Origin: an uncultured Hormoscilla sp.
GTDB taxonomy: Bacteria > Cyanobacteriota > Cyanobacteriia > Cyanobacteriales > Desertifilaceae
NCBI GenBank assembly: GCA_963921275.4
Contig: OZ001293.3
Location: 4,640,001-4,704,000 of the forward strand
Direction: 5' to 3'
DNA: 64,000 nucleotides
The notes below the pieces were generated by a model, which was given only the letters and a program-made list of their open reading frames with translations, had not been told where the DNA came from and did not search any database. A program made the translations under genes and the position numbers. This document shows, one piece after another, positions 35,180-47,210 of this stretch. Position 1 is the first letter of the stretch, and every line of letters begins with the position of its first letter.

Positions 35180-35920
35180 ATGTACAAAAAAGTTAAGGTA
35201 AAACCCAACTCCAAAAAGCAGGAGAATGCGCTGCGCGCACGCTACGCGACCGCAATCAAACTGACAGCGATCGTCCTCGCCGGAGGTCAAAGTGAGCGCA
35301 TGGGTAAAGATAAAGCCCTAATTCCTATTGAAGGAGTGCCGCTAATTGGTAGGATTTGTAACATCGCCAAATCCTGTAGTGATCGGGTTTATGTAGTTAC
35401 CTCCTGGCCAGAAAGATATCGGGAAATTATACCTAAGGACTGTCATTTAATCTCGGAAGTCCCAATAGCAGGAGAAAGCCAACCAAGTGGACCGCTAGTG
35501 GGGTTTGTTCAAGGGTTAGTTCATGTAGAATCAGATTGGGTATTATTACTCGCCTGTGACTTGCCTAAGCTGCGCGCTGATGTCTTGCAAGACTGGGTGG
35601 TAAAATTAACAGAGGTACAAAGAGAGGCGATCGCCCTCTTGGTGCAAGGAGATCGCTATTTGCACTACTCCGATTTTTCCGGAACGATAGACATGAAATG
35701 GGGATGGGAACCCCTGTGCGGCTTTTACAGGCGATCTTGCCTGCCAGAGTTAACCCAATTTATCCAACAAGGGGGGCGATCGTTTCAGCAGTTTCTTGCC
35801 TCCCAGACAGTAGCAGAACTTCCCCTAACGGACCGCGAAATGCTATTTAATTGTAACACGCCAGCAGACTTGGAAGAATTGAGAATTGAGAATTCTACTG
35901 AGGACCCTCTCGCCAAGTAA
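35180..35920 (+). CDS. mobA: Molybdenum cofactor guanylyltransferase
   Basis: IVLAGGQSERMGKDKAL, GPLVGF, LACDLP, WEPLCGFY, LFNCNTPADL; N-terminus looks chimeric. Confidence 0.9.
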   Translation: MYKKVKVKPNSKKQENALRARYATAIKLTAIVLAGGQSERMGKDKALIPIEGVPLIGRICNIAKSCSDRVYVVTSWPERYREIIPKDCHLISEVPIAGESQPSGPLVGFVQGLVHVESDWVLLLACDLPKLRADVLQDWVVKLTEVQREAIALLVQGDRYLHYSDFSGTIDMKWGWEPLCGFYRRSCLPELTQFIQQGGRSFQQFLASQTVAELPLTDREMLFNCNTPADLEELRIENSTEDPLAK

Positions 35921-36330
35921 AAATTATTTCCTCCTCTGCTTGCCTAAACTCAATATTAAACTTATCGAAGACAATCTCTCTTCCCAAAAGCATCACATCA
36001 GGTGTATTATTTTGCAACCAGGCGAAAGGCGCTGTAAAACTATATCCGTCGATCGTCATTTCAACTCTTCGTAAAACATACTCCACCGTCCCCCCTAATG
36101 TTTCTCCCGCTAATAGTTCCTCTCCAGAAGCTAACCTATATCCCAAATCTCGACCATTTTTCAGGGATATTACGCTAAAGTCTGCCCCTGAATCAACTCA
36201 GGTTTTCACCATGAACAATAATGCCATTAGCATTATAGGCAACATATTCATGGGCATACTGCTGTATCAGCTGCTCGTTGCGGTTCAACCATTTGAGCAT
36301 TTCCTTGATTTCCTGTTTAGTTGCATTCAT
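35895..36330 (-). pseudogene. DUF5678-like domain plus retropepsin-like aspartyl protease, internally deleted
   Basis: MNATKQEIKEMLKWL...YAHEYVAYNANGIIVHGENL, then out-of-frame VDSGADFSVI...LLGRE.VFDKFNIEF. Confidence 0.65.
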
Positions 36331-36397
36331 ATCGTTAGTGCTTCGGCGGTTCTCCCGGTGCTGCAGGTTGCCCCCAACCCATCACCGGGAGGACGGA

Positions 36398-39300
36398 TCA
36401 CACAGAGAGGAAACTGCCCTCTAGGTCTGCGGCTAGTGTACGGTTAACGAGTCCTAAGTATTGCCCGCTGTCTGCTAGCTTGATGAGGGTATTTGTACCC
36501 ACCTGCTCTAGTTCCAAATCGGCTTCTGTCAAAATGCCCGTGAGGCCGATCGTGTCAATACCTATCTCAAAAGTCAGGATCACATCGGTATCAAAAAGGC
36601 GATCAACTGAGCCATTAGTTGACAACATAAAGATATCGGCGCCATCACCGCCGGACAACAGATCTCGACCTAAGCCACCATCCATAATATCATCTCCGGC
36701 GCCACCATCAAGAAAGTCATTTCCTGGACCTCCGAAGAGAATATCGTTGTCTACACCACCAGTCAGAGTGTCATCATTCTGATCGCCTACGAGCAAATCA
36801 TTTGCCCTCTTCACCACGGAGTGCATCATTGCCAGCGCGGCCACGAATGTCATCGTCATCGGGAGTGCCGATCAGAACATCGTCTTGCTCGCTGCCATTA
36901 ATCCGGTTCCGAGATGGCATTGGCCCCACCATGACCATTACGGTGGCCGTGTCAGTGCCGCCGTTCCCATCATCCACCCGATATATGAACTGGTCCATGC
37001 CCTGGAAGCCCGCGTTTGGCTGGTAGGAGATATCGTCATCACCCGGATCAGGAGTGCCCTGGTCATTCACTATGGCTGTACCGTTGCTGGGAGGGGTGGC
37101 GATGCTGAGGGTGAGAGGGTCCAGGTCCGCATCTATGTCGTTGGCCAGGACATCGATCGCCACCGGTGTGTCAATATCGGTGCGAGCCAGATCATTAAAT
37201 GCGACGGGAGGAGTGTTCACCGGAGGAGCGGAGGATATCTGAAACTGGCCTCGGATCTCACCATATGCGAACTCATTAGTGTGGATCTCCAAGTAAAGGT
37301 CAACCTCGTCTCCTGGTTGGTTTTCCCGCAGCACATCGACGAAATTACTCAATGGTGCATCAGCGGGGTCTGTTTCTTCCCAAATGCCCGATATAGTAGT
37401 TGAACCATCCGGGTTGAGCGCCAAGCTGAGGTCATCATCGTTAGGGTTAATTACCCCAAAGACAACTGGACCATTTTCACCCCGAAAAGCATTGAGGATA
37501 TGCAGTTCAGTGACATCATCATCTGTCGAAGGTGTTTGGGGCGTGCCGTCGATCAACCCGCCAAAGTCCAAACCTGAAACAGTGATACTGTAGCTGAGGG
37601 CATCTCCTGCTTCATTCAGGGTCATTTCGGCAGTCCCCATTGCCAGAGTATCTACAGGAGCCACAGCATCTTGAGGAGGAACCACTTGGTCCCATGTCAA
37701 TACAGATGTCAGGTTTACAGGATCGTTTGGAATATCCCGTTCGATGGTGATCCGTGCTACCTGGTAACCTGGCGCTGTGAAATCTGCCCCTGGAAATGCT
37801 GTCAATATATTCCCTTCAGGCATGAAACCCGGGTGCAAACCTACTACGCCATTTTCATCTACCCCCGCATTGGGTACCATCTGGGCTAAGAAAGCCGTGT
37901 TTTCGGGCACTTCGTCATTGACTTCCGTTCCGGCATCGTAAACCCGTTCTATTATGAAGTCTGCCCCGATGAAGTTACCGTCTTCATCGAATATCTCTAT
38001 GCCTTCGGGATTATTATTAGCAATGAAGGCATCGTTAGAAGGCACAACTATCGTCCCATAGCTGAAATAGCGCGATCGCTCGTCATTGGCATCCAGGATA
38101 AATGTCTCCATGGCACTATCCCCTGGAAGCACGGCATTGAAATGAGCTGTACCTTCTATGCTGCCCTCTACCAAACCTGCTCCACTCTCAATAAAGTCCG
38201 ACGAAAGGATAGCACTATCGCCATCCTCTGCCAACCGTTCTAGACGCTCTGGCGCCGGAGAGTCGACGTCGTAAATATCAAAGGTGCCATTATGAAAGCC
38301 TACCCACAAAGGGGACACCACCGTGCCGTCTTCAGGTGCCAGGTTATAGTACGTCACCCTTACTTCCACTGGTTCCGGTTCTGGTTCCTCTACCTCCGTG
38401 ACTGTGATTCGTGCTATTTCGTAACCTGGAACTGTGAAATCTGCATTGGCGAACATCGGATCGGACAATATGTTTCCTCCGGGATTAAAACCGGGGTGGT
38501 CTGTCACTACTCCACCTTCTGTTACCCCCGTGTTCCCATCCTCTGCCCAAAGAATGCCGTGTTCGCGGGTACTTCATCATTCACCTCGGTCCCCCCGTCA
38601 TTCACTTCACTCCCCAACACCATGAAATCCACTCCTACGAAGTTCCCATCTTCGTCGAATATCTCATGTGCCTCGGGATTGCCATTAGCGACGAAGGCGT
38701 CGTTTGAAAGGAGAATCATCGTGAAGTAGTCTAGGAACCGGGAGCGAGCGTCGTTGCTATCCAGGGTGAAGGTGGCCGTCACAGTTTCCCCGGGCGCGAT
38801 CGGGCCGTCCCCGACTGCACCATCTACCACACCCGCACCACTATCGAGGAATTCCTCAGACAGCACCATGACATTGCCATCTTCTGCCAAGCGTTCTCCA
38901 CCCACTGTCAGGGGCGCACCCGAGTCGTAAGTATCGAAGCCGCCATCCTGAAATCCTACCCATACCGGAGTCAGAAAAGTCCCGTCTTCAGGCGCTAGGT
39001 TTTCAATCGTCACCCTTACTTCCACTGGCTCCGGTTCTGATGGTTCGTCATCCTCTGTCTCTACCTCCACAGAACCCAGAGTGAAAGTTGCACTTGACTG
39101 GTCAGTGTTATCTCCCACAAATACGAAGCTTGGCAAATCATAGGGATTGAAGGGTAAAGGAGGCTGACTCGCTTGTGGGTCGAAGTTGTAGTTCCGTAGC
39201 GAACCACTCAGGATTTCTTCATCATCAGCCGACAGGGTGTAATCGCTGCCTTCTATCTTCAATTCATAGTCCGTCGGATTCGTCGTGTCGAACTCCACCT

Positions 39301-39718
39301 CCTCCCCAGAGACGAATTCCTGGGCCTGAGCGAATATCCGGTCTGCGTCAAAACCCAGTTCTATTTCATTCTGGCCGTCGCTGCTGACTGCAATGACACT
39401 GAAACCCGCCCGATTGTTAGAAAGACTGGCCTCTGAGTCGATCGCCAGATTAAAAGATACGGTAAAGCCCGCTTCCGCGTCCAGGGGAGGGAATGCTGAA
39501 TTTATTGGTTCTGCCTGCCCCGTCGCCAAATCAAATGTGTAATTCGTGTAGCCTGCGTATCCCCTGCGATCGCCAATGAAATCGCTATCTAGGGTAACTG
39601 CGTTATCAATTAACGTTTCGCTAGCAGTAGGGGCCAAAGGAAGTTGTACTAAACTCAGCTCTCCTTGCTCTGCTGGTCGCGTTCCTAGGGTTCCGTCGTA
39701 AAGGGTTGTGGTTGTCAC
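36398..39718 (-). pseudogene. Large secreted protein (2x spondin_N, CHRD, Ig-like, RTX Ca-binding), split by two frameshifts
   Basis: Three consecutive ORFs. NLAPEDGT..PVWVGF..G.FD and SNDAF.AN spondin motifs, IHTNEF..GEIRGQ CHRD motif, GGxGxD repeats. Breaks near 38530 and 36800. Confidence 0.8.
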
Positions 39719-39965
39719 GAGTTCTTCTCCTTTTTTTTTAGCTCTCGGTGCCCTCTTTGTTCTTTATGGGGGTTCGTGTCGGCGCTGTGTCTCCTGGGAG
39801 ATGCGGTGGGTGCGATCGGTCTGTGGCTCCGGCTGCCCGCGGGATACACCAACTGGTCATCCCATGAGAGATGCGATCGCCTGAGAGCGCCAACCCTCCA
39901 CATATATCAGCATATCATTCACCAATCATATCTGCGTGCCCCTGTCTTGACACCTCTTCCAGTTA

Positions 39966-40798
<833 letters not shown>

Positions 40799-40822
40799 TG
40801 CACTCCTACAATTACTAGTATA

Positions 40823-40986
40823 ACTCAAGTTGCTACCTATAAAAATTGCGACCTCCCAGACAGCCATTTTGGTAAATTTATTCGCCAAAATGCCGTTTTG
40901 GGGTAAATCACAAGGTAATTTTGGCTGATTTTGGCTGATTTTGGCGCTTTGCAAGGAGTTGAGGTTCTATAGGTAGCAACTTAGGT
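40823..40986. mobile_element. 164-bp MITE with IS982-type ends
   Basis: IRs ACTCAAGTTGCTACCTATA / TATAGGTAGCAACTTAGGT, flanked by TAGTATA on both sides; ends match the IS at 58482-59493. Confidence 0.88.
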
Positions 40987-41324
40987 TAGTATAAGCTTTC
41001 CGGATGCGAACGCAATCGCAAAAGTCGCGCCACCCAGGAGAGACCGGCAGATGATTGGAGTGACACTCGTTACCACCGGTAAGATAATAACGGCGTGACA
41101 AGAAAATTAACTGAGAGCATCTCACCTTTGCTTAAATAAAGTAGAATGGCAGCGCGATATCCTTTGAGTGCCAATCGCGCAGCGTAGCGCCAGCCATGTC
41201 CCCCCGGACAAGAGCACAACAAAAGACATCGAACGCTACGCAATTGCACGGAAATACTTTTGAGCAGCGATAGCCGCATGCAATATTGATGTAAGAAATT
41301 TTTCAGAGAGATAAAGCTAGATTT

Positions 41325-41720
41325 ATGAAAATCAAAAAAACGGAAGCCGAGTGGAAGCAGCAGTTGACACAAGAACAGTTTTATGTTACCAGAAAGAAGG
41401 GAACAGAAAGAGCTTTCACGGGAGAATACCACGACAACAAGGAGAAGGGAATATATAAATGTGTCTGTTGTGGGAACGACCTGTTTAGTTCAGAGACGAA
41501 GTACGACTCGGGCACGGGTTGGCCGAGTTTCTGGGCAGCGATAAATGAAGATCGTGTAGCCTATGAAGAGGACCGCAGTCTGTTCATGAGTCGAGTAGAA
41601 GTGCTGTGTGCGGCCTGTGATGCTCACCTGGGTCACGTGTTTTCCGATGGTCCTCGACCAACTGGACAACGCTACTGCATGAATTCGGCGGCCCTAAAGT
41701 TTGTTAAAGCTGACGAATGA
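41325..41720 (+). CDS. msrB: Peptide-methionine (R)-S-oxide reductase
   Basis: [35 protein letters not shown]. Confidence 0.97.
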   Translation: MKIKKTEAEWKQQLTQEQFYVTRKKGTERAFTGEYHDNKEKGIYKCVCCGNDLFSSETKYDSGTGWPSFWAAINEDRVAYEEDRSLFMSRVEVLCAACDAHLGHVFSDGPRPTGQRYCMNSAALKFVKADE

Positions 41721-41728
41721 CTTTGTCG

Positions 41729-41776
41729 TGTCTTCCGCGTACTTTTGTCCTTCAGAACAAAAGTACGCGGAAGACA
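41729..41776. terminator. Perfect 20-bp hairpin between convergent msrB and cobO
   Basis: TGTCTTCCGCGTACTTTTGT-ccttcaga-ACAAAAGTACGCGGAAGACA. Confidence 0.65.
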
Positions 41777-41788
41777 AGAGTGCTTGTC

Positions 41789-42928
41789 TTAAAAGTCTAC
41801 GCCGCGCTTCAAATCAACGCCTTTTTCAGCATAATGTTTATGGCAAACCATTTCTGAGTGAATATTGGCCAGATCGAAATAAGCAGGTGGATTGAGACAG
41901 CGACCTGTAATAATAATTTCAGTGTCCTTAGGTTTGCGCAAGAGCGCCTCGACAATGGGTTCTTGGGGCAGTAATTCTAAATCTACAGTGGGATTGAGTT
42001 CATCGAGGATAATGGTTTTGTACAGACCCGAGGCGATCGCGGCCCGAGCAATTTCCCAACCCCGTTCAGCCTCGACATAGTCAATTTCTTGTTGCTTGCC
42101 CCGCCAGACAATGGCATCGCTACCGCACCGCTGATGATCGACCAGGTTAGGGTAGGACTGGCGCAGAGCGGCGATCGCCTCATCTTCGGTATAGCCAGTC
42201 CCTCCCTTAAGCCATTGTAAGATCAGCACACGGTGAGACTTATCCTGACCAATACCTTTGCCAATGGCTTGCAGGGCCTTACCTAAAGCACTGGTAGACT
42301 TACCTTTACCACTGCCAGTGTAGATTTCAAGGCCCTGAATGCCCCATTCTTGGGCCGTGTGATGGAAATGAGGTTTCATTTCTGAGTGCAGATCGGCAAT
42401 ATCTAAGAGAGGTTGGGGTGCAGCTCTGCCGGTGGCGATAATTTCGGTATGTTCTGGTTTATGCTTGAGAGTCTGGAGTACAGCATCTACCGGTAGCAAC
42501 CCTAAGTCGAGCACGGGATTGATTTCATCTAGGACGATAACCGAGTACAGACCAGAGACGATCGCCCCTTTGGCCACATCCCAGCCTCGCAATGCCTCGG
42601 ATCGATCGAAGCGAGTAATTTTCTCTGGACCAAAATACTCAGATCTGCCAGTGCGAACCTGGTCGATCAGATGAGGGAACCCCTGTTGCAGGGCGGCGAT
42701 CGCCGCATCTTCGTCATAGGTGCGTCCCGGTCCTTTCAGGAACCGCAACAATAAAACACGGGTTTCGACATCGGAGTTGATTCCCAGACCGATTGATCGC
42801 AATACCACACCTAGGGCGGCCTGGGACTTGCCCTTGCCTGCGCCATCATAAACGTGAATCTGACCGGCCAACCTGTCCGTTCTCACCACAGCCGTGCGAA
42901 TACCAATCCCGTTTCTGGTCATAACCAC
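41789..42928 (-). CDS. cobO: Cob(I)yrinic acid a,c-diamide adenosyltransferase (tandem-domain cyanobacterial form)
   Basis: Two G.GKGKS motifs, LDEINP/LDELNP, TGR, C-terminal KRGVDF. Confidence 0.92.
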   Translation of the reverse strand: MVMTRNGIGIRTAVVRTDRLAGQIHVYDGAGKGKSQAALGVVLRSIGLGINSDVETRVLLLRFLKGPGRTYDEDAAIAALQQGFPHLIDQVRTGRSEYFGPEKITRFDRSEALRGWDVAKGAIVSGLYSVIVLDEINPVLDLGLLPVDAVLQTLKHKPEHTEIIATGRAAPQPLLDIADLHSEMKPHFHHTAQEWGIQGLEIYTGSGKGKSTSALGKALQAIGKGIGQDKSHRVLILQWLKGGTGYTEDEAIAALRQSYPNLVDHQRCGSDAIVWRGKQQEIDYVEAERGWEIARAAIASGLYKTIILDELNPTVDLELLPQEPIVEALLRKPKDTEIIITGRCLNPPAYFDLANIHSEMVCHKHYAEKGVDLKRGVDF

Positions 42929-42996
42929 CTGGCCTTTCCAGTTTTTACCTGCATAGTCTATAATAATATATCGTTACCACCTCTGGGAGCCTAGCT

Positions 42997-43509
42997 ATGA
43001 TCTTGCCTTTGCGGGCGATCGTCTTTCAACTCTTGTTAACCTTGGTGGCGATCGCCATTGAATCCTTGCACCTGCACAGACGGCTAAAATTGAGCCGTAA
43101 AACCAGTCTCGAATATGCTGTCTCTCTCAATTTACTCACCCTGTTTGCCGGTTGGTATCTGTTCTTTGTATTTTTCGGCACATTTCCCTCGGGGATGAGA
43201 TCAAGTCTGATGCAGTTTATTCTGTTCAATCAATACTCTAACGAAATTTGGCTCTTCCTGTTTGTGGCGGGAGTTTTAACATTTTTTATCACCTTGGCGA
43301 TCAAACTAAAAGGCTGGCAAATATTAGAGTATTTGCGGAATGAAATATTATTTGAAGAACCGTTGGAGTCAAAGGAGCAATTCATCAAATATTCAAACTT
43401 TTTCAATCCGGCGAGCGTGAGAGTGATGAAAATTATGCAAGCACATTCTTTTAGTTATAGTGCAATTTTACTGCTGCTATTTCTCAATTTATTGTTAACA
43501 GAGATTTAA
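42997..43509 (+). CDS. fraC: Filament integrity protein FraC
   Basis: LPLRAIVFQLL...AIAIES...SRKTS.EYA..LNLL; multi-TM; first gene of the fraCDE arrangement. Confidence 0.8.
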   Translation: MILPLRAIVFQLLLTLVAIAIESLHLHRRLKLSRKTSLEYAVSLNLLTLFAGWYLFFVFFGTFPSGMRSSLMQFILFNQYSNEIWLFLFVAGVLTFFITLAIKLKGWQILEYLRNEILFEEPLESKEQFIKYSNFFNPASVRVMKIMQAHSFSYSAILLLLFLNLLLTEI

Positions 43510-43513
43510 GGCA

Positions 43514-44092
43514 ATGGATAAATTCTTGGAATATCTATTAAAACTGCAAAAACCAATAATGCCAGAAAGCTTGGCATCATGGAAAACTTTCATGGTTTTA
43601 AAGCTGTTTTCCCTGGTGTTAATATTAGTGAGTGAGGGCATAAATAAAGAAATATTAGCAGGATTGTCTTTGATATTTATCGCGATCGGGATGTGGTTTT
43701 TCACAAAAGAAAAACCGTTGAAATTTTTGGGAATTTCTGTAAATAGCTGGGCGATGAGTATCTTAATCTGCCTATTGCTATTGAAGCTGTTCCCAGGAGA
43801 AGTGACAAGCTGGGTGTGGATAAGCTGTCCGCAGTTGGCAGCAACGATCGCAGCTATACCAAAGTTTATGGAGTCAAAAAACAAGTTTAAGATTCCGGCA
43901 CCAGAGGTGCGCCAAAAGCTAGTGATTCTATTTCTCAGCTATTTGGTGCTCAGCTGTTGGCTAAATTTCACATTTATGATCCAGGAATGGTTAGAAAACG
44001 ACCCCAGTCTGATGCAGCAGGACTTCAGTAAAAGTTCATTTGTGGTGAAAGTTGAATGGCAAAAATGGTTGGAATGGAGAATAGTGAATTGA
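43514..44092 (+). CDS. fraD: Septal junction protein FraD (DUF5357), short form
   Basis: SWKTF..L, five TM segments, RQKLVIL...SCWL.F..IQEWL..DPSL...DFSKSSFVV. Confidence 0.75.
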   Translation: MDKFLEYLLKLQKPIMPESLASWKTFMVLKLFSLVLILVSEGINKEILAGLSLIFIAIGMWFFTKEKPLKFLGISVNSWAMSILICLLLLKLFPGEVTSWVWISCPQLAATIAAIPKFMESKNKFKIPAPEVRQKLVILFLSYLVLSCWLNFTFMIQEWLENDPSLMQQDFSKSSFVVKVEWQKWLEWRIVN

Positions 44093-44130
44093 CAATTCAC
44101 CATTTGCAATGGACAAAAGGAGAAGGTAGG

Positions 44131-44913
44131 GTGAATCCAAGGAGAATGTTGGTAATAGCGAAGAATGTGTTTGCCGAAGCGATCCGCGATCGGGTGCTAT
44201 ACTTGATAGGTTTGTTCGGGTTGTTGCTAGTGGGGTCGTTGCAAATATTGCCAGAGGTGGCGGCGGCAACAGAGGATAAAATGTTCTTAGATGTCGGACT
44301 AGTAGCAATGACGGTCTTGAGTTTGATCGTGGCAGTGTTTGTGGGAACGGGACTGATAAGTAAAGAAATAGAAAAACGCACGGTTTATATTTTAGTTGCT
44401 AAACCAATAAGCTATTCAGAGTTGCTCCTGGGCAAGCACTTAGGTTTATCTGCTGTGCTGGCAGTCTTGGTGGCGGCGATGATGGTGCTTTATCTGGGGA
44501 TATGTGTCCTAAGTCAAACGGCTTACCCATCATTGGCGGCCTTAACGATCGCAGCGGTGTTTCTGGTAATCCAATTATCATTAATTACGGCGGTAGCAAT
44601 CATGTTCGGAGTGTTGACAAGCTCGCTCCTAGCCACCCTGCTGACTTTTGGGGTATATTTGATGGGAAACTTGTCTCAGGATATGGTCCGACTGAATCAG
44701 TTTGTGAATAATCCGAGTTTCTCTCGCATGACAGATGGCATATATTTGATCTTCCCAGACCTGTCTCGCCTGGATCTGAAAAATCTGGCGGTGTATGGCA
44801 TGGCCGCTTTGCCCGATCGCCTGACTCTGCTGCTCAATGCTGGCTATGGTTTGGTTTACACCCTCGGACTGCTGGCGATCGCGATCGTGCTTTTCTCAAG
44901 GCGGGAATTTTGA
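44131..44913 (+). CDS. fraE: ABC-2 type permease FraE
   Basis: IAKNVFAEAIRDRVLY, KEIEKRTV..L.AKP, PDLSRLDLKN.AVYG, FSRREF; start uncertain. Confidence 0.8.
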   Translation: MNPRRMLVIAKNVFAEAIRDRVLYLIGLFGLLLVGSLQILPEVAAATEDKMFLDVGLVAMTVLSLIVAVFVGTGLISKEIEKRTVYILVAKPISYSELLLGKHLGLSAVLAVLVAAMMVLYLGICVLSQTAYPSLAALTIAAVFLVIQLSLITAVAIMFGVLTSSLLATLLTFGVYLMGNLSQDMVRLNQFVNNPSFSRMTDGIYLIFPDLSRLDLKNLAVYGMAALPDRLTLLLNAGYGLVYTLGLLAIAIVLFSRREF

Positions 44914-44936
44914 GAATGGAGAATGGAGAATGGAGA

Positions 44937-45758
44937 ATGGATAAAGAGCAAAAACTGGAACAATTAAAAAGTTTGTTTGCCCAGATGGATAAGGCGCTGA
45001 TCGCTTACTCGGGTGGGGTAGATAGCACTTTGATGGCTAAAATAGCTTACGATGTTTTGGGCGATCGGGCCTTGGCAGTAACGGCAGCATCTCCATCTCT
45101 GTTGCCAGAAGAGTTAGCAGATGCCCGCAGGCAAGCAGCAGAAATTGGCATTGCCCATGAGATCGTACCAACTCATGAAATGGAGAATCCCAATTACACT
45201 TCTAATCCGGTGAATAGATGTTACTTTTGCAAAAGCGAATTGCACGATACCCTCAAACCCCTAGCCTTAGCATGGGGTTATCCTTATGTAGTAGATGGGG
45301 TGAATGCTGATGACTTGCGGGATTATCGTCCCGGCATACAGGCGGCTAAAGAACGCGGGGCCCGATCGCCCTTAGCAGAAATAGGCGTCGCGAAAGCGGA
45401 AGTGCGAGAAATCTCCCAGCTGCTAGGTTTACCCTGGTGGGACAAACCTGCCCAACCCTGTCTGAGTTCCCGCTTTCCTTATGGAGAAGAGATTACCATT
45501 GAGAAATTGCAGCGGGTTGGTAGAGGAGAAAGATATTTAAGTTCCCTGGGATGGAAAAATATTCGAGTACGTTCCGAAGGGGACACAGCTAGGATAGAAT
45601 TACCACCAGAACAGATTCAGGAATTTGTCTTCAGCATGGAATTACCCTCGTTAGTGGCAGCATTTCAAGAATTTGGCTTCCTCTACGTCACTCTCGACTT
45701 AGAAGGATATGTCAGTGGCAAGTTGAATCGCGTTTTGACCCAGACAGTGAAGGGATAA
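44937..45758 (+). CDS. larE: ATP-dependent sacrificial sulfur transferase LarE
   Basis: AYSGGVDS PP-loop, NRCYFCK, DDLRDYRPG, KPAQPCLSSR; GAGAATG heptamer repeats obscure the start. Confidence 0.9.
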   Translation: MDKEQKLEQLKSLFAQMDKALIAYSGGVDSTLMAKIAYDVLGDRALAVTAASPSLLPEELADARRQAAEIGIAHEIVPTHEMENPNYTSNPVNRCYFCKSELHDTLKPLALAWGYPYVVDGVNADDLRDYRPGIQAAKERGARSPLAEIGVAKAEVREISQLLGLPWWDKPAQPCLSSRFPYGEEITIEKLQRVGRGERYLSSLGWKNIRVRSEGDTARIELPPEQIQEFVFSMELPSLVAAFQEFGFLYVTLDLEGYVSGKLNRVLTQTVKG

Positions 45759-45769
45759 GGAGACAGAAA

Positions 45770-45930
45770 ATGCTTCATAATGCGGCCTTAAGGCAAACAG
45801 GTACAGGATGGGAATTTGCTAGTGAAGAAGCGTTAGAAGATTCCCTTGAGGATAATTTACAGGAGTTACTCGGGTTAACGTTTTTGAAGCGTCAACATCA
45901 TGTTCGAGAGCAATATTGTGACATTTTAGC
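45770..45930 (+). pseudogene. NucS/DUF91-like endonuclease N-terminal fragment
   Basis: GWEFASEEALED......L.ELLGL..LKRQ......YCDILA, then breaks at a short GC-rich repeat. Confidence 0.6.
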
Positions 45931-46123
45931 GCAACGCTGCGCGGTTCGAGATTGCTTCGTGCCTCGCAACGCTGCGCGGTTATCAGATTTCTAAAAATAT
46001 CAGATAACATATTTGTAGCAATGGATATGGATACCCATTGTGACCTGAGTCTTAGTTTTCTCTCCAATTACCAGTCGGTCCTGGGGAGGGTACTTTTACC
46101 TCAACCGGCACCTACTAGAATCT

Positions 46124-46993
46124 GTGCGATTCGTTCTAGCCTAACGTGGTCAAACACGGAACGCTAGCCCGGTTTCATTAGCCGGGAACTCTGACCGCAT
46201 GGGGGTTAAATTCCCCTCCCCCCAGGTACGGGGGTGACACCGGTCCTCGGTGCTACGAAGCGACATCATCGTGGTGCTAAGCGAGGACTCAAATGTAGGA
46301 TAACTGGCAGCCTAAGCCGGTGACGCCGCTAGGAAAGATATCCAAGGTTAGAGCAGGCAAACATGTGCAAGCCTCGTTATAAGGAACCAGCGAAATAAGG
46401 CTATATGCGCTGGCCTAAAAAGGAAATGGTAGCTAGTATTAGTTTTAGACTCTGGCTAATATAGTACTCAAATAGCTCCCGGGGTATAGTGTGGACCTAA
46501 AGGTATCGCGAAATGTTGTTAGGGAACGAAGTAACCTCTCGTGTGCTGTCCATCAGGACAAGTTAGATGTTAAGCGCAAGCCACGGGGGGAGGGATGGCC
46601 CAAGAAGCGAATGCCCGGGGTAATTCCTGGGATAACATCTACAGTAATGTAGATGATGCTGGGTAGCCAGCGCTGACGTGGGTCGGTGATACTAGGAAGC
46701 TGCTGGAATGAGTAATCCTAAAAAGCCACGGAACTAATCCGAAACGCAAGTGGAGGATAAGGTATGGATAACTGGTAAAACTGACTTGAAAATGGTGATA
46801 CTAACGGTTATCAGAACAACCACTCGCTAAACCAGGAAAGGGAAGAAAAGACAGGCGGCAAGGGCTAACGGAAGTAATTCCTATTAAGTCTACCTATGAA
46901 AAGGGCCTAGTACCCAGTAGCCGGATGCGGTGAAAATCGCAAGTCCGGTTCCTCAAGGGAGGGTCGGGAAGCGATTCCCGGCTCGACCCCATC
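46124..46993 (+). ncRNA. ORF-less group II intron (IIB-like), copy 1
   Basis: 5' GTGCGATTCGTT. Domain V GTAGCCGGATGCGGTGAAAATCGCAAGTCCGGTTC at about 46917-46951. Domain VI hairpin GGGTCGGGAA-gcga-TTCCCGGCTC with bulged A. 3' end uncertain by 1 nt (46992 or 46993). No RT ORF. Confidence 0.92.
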
Positions 46994-47014
46994 CAACCGG
47001 TGCCCCACTGTTCT

Positions 47015-47210
47015 GGTTTTGGACCTCTCGGTTGGGGTTTTGGACCTCTCGGTTGAGGTTTTAACCCTCTCGGTTGGGGTTTTGGACCTCTCGGTTGAGG
47101 TGTAAAACCTCTCGGTTGGGGTTTTGGACCTCTCGGTTGGGGTTTTGGACCTCTTGGTTGAGGTGTAAAACCTCTCGGTTTTGGTGTAAAACCGAGAGGT
47201 TTTACACCTC
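47015..47210. repeat. 21-bp tandem array (8 units) capped by an inverted unit
   Basis: Unit GGT(TTTGG/GTAAA)ACCTCTCGGTTG(G/A); 47160-47182 pairs perfectly with 47188-47210. Confidence 0.95.

Noticed and set aside
46290..46302. GTAGG as EBS2 pairing with exon CCTA(C/T)
   Set aside because: Fits the two identical copies, but the same motif is unchanged in the third intron whose exon does not complement it; EBS2 left unassigned
47015..47210. Possible CRISPR array
   Set aside because: Units are contiguous with no unique spacers, and there are no core cas genes nearby
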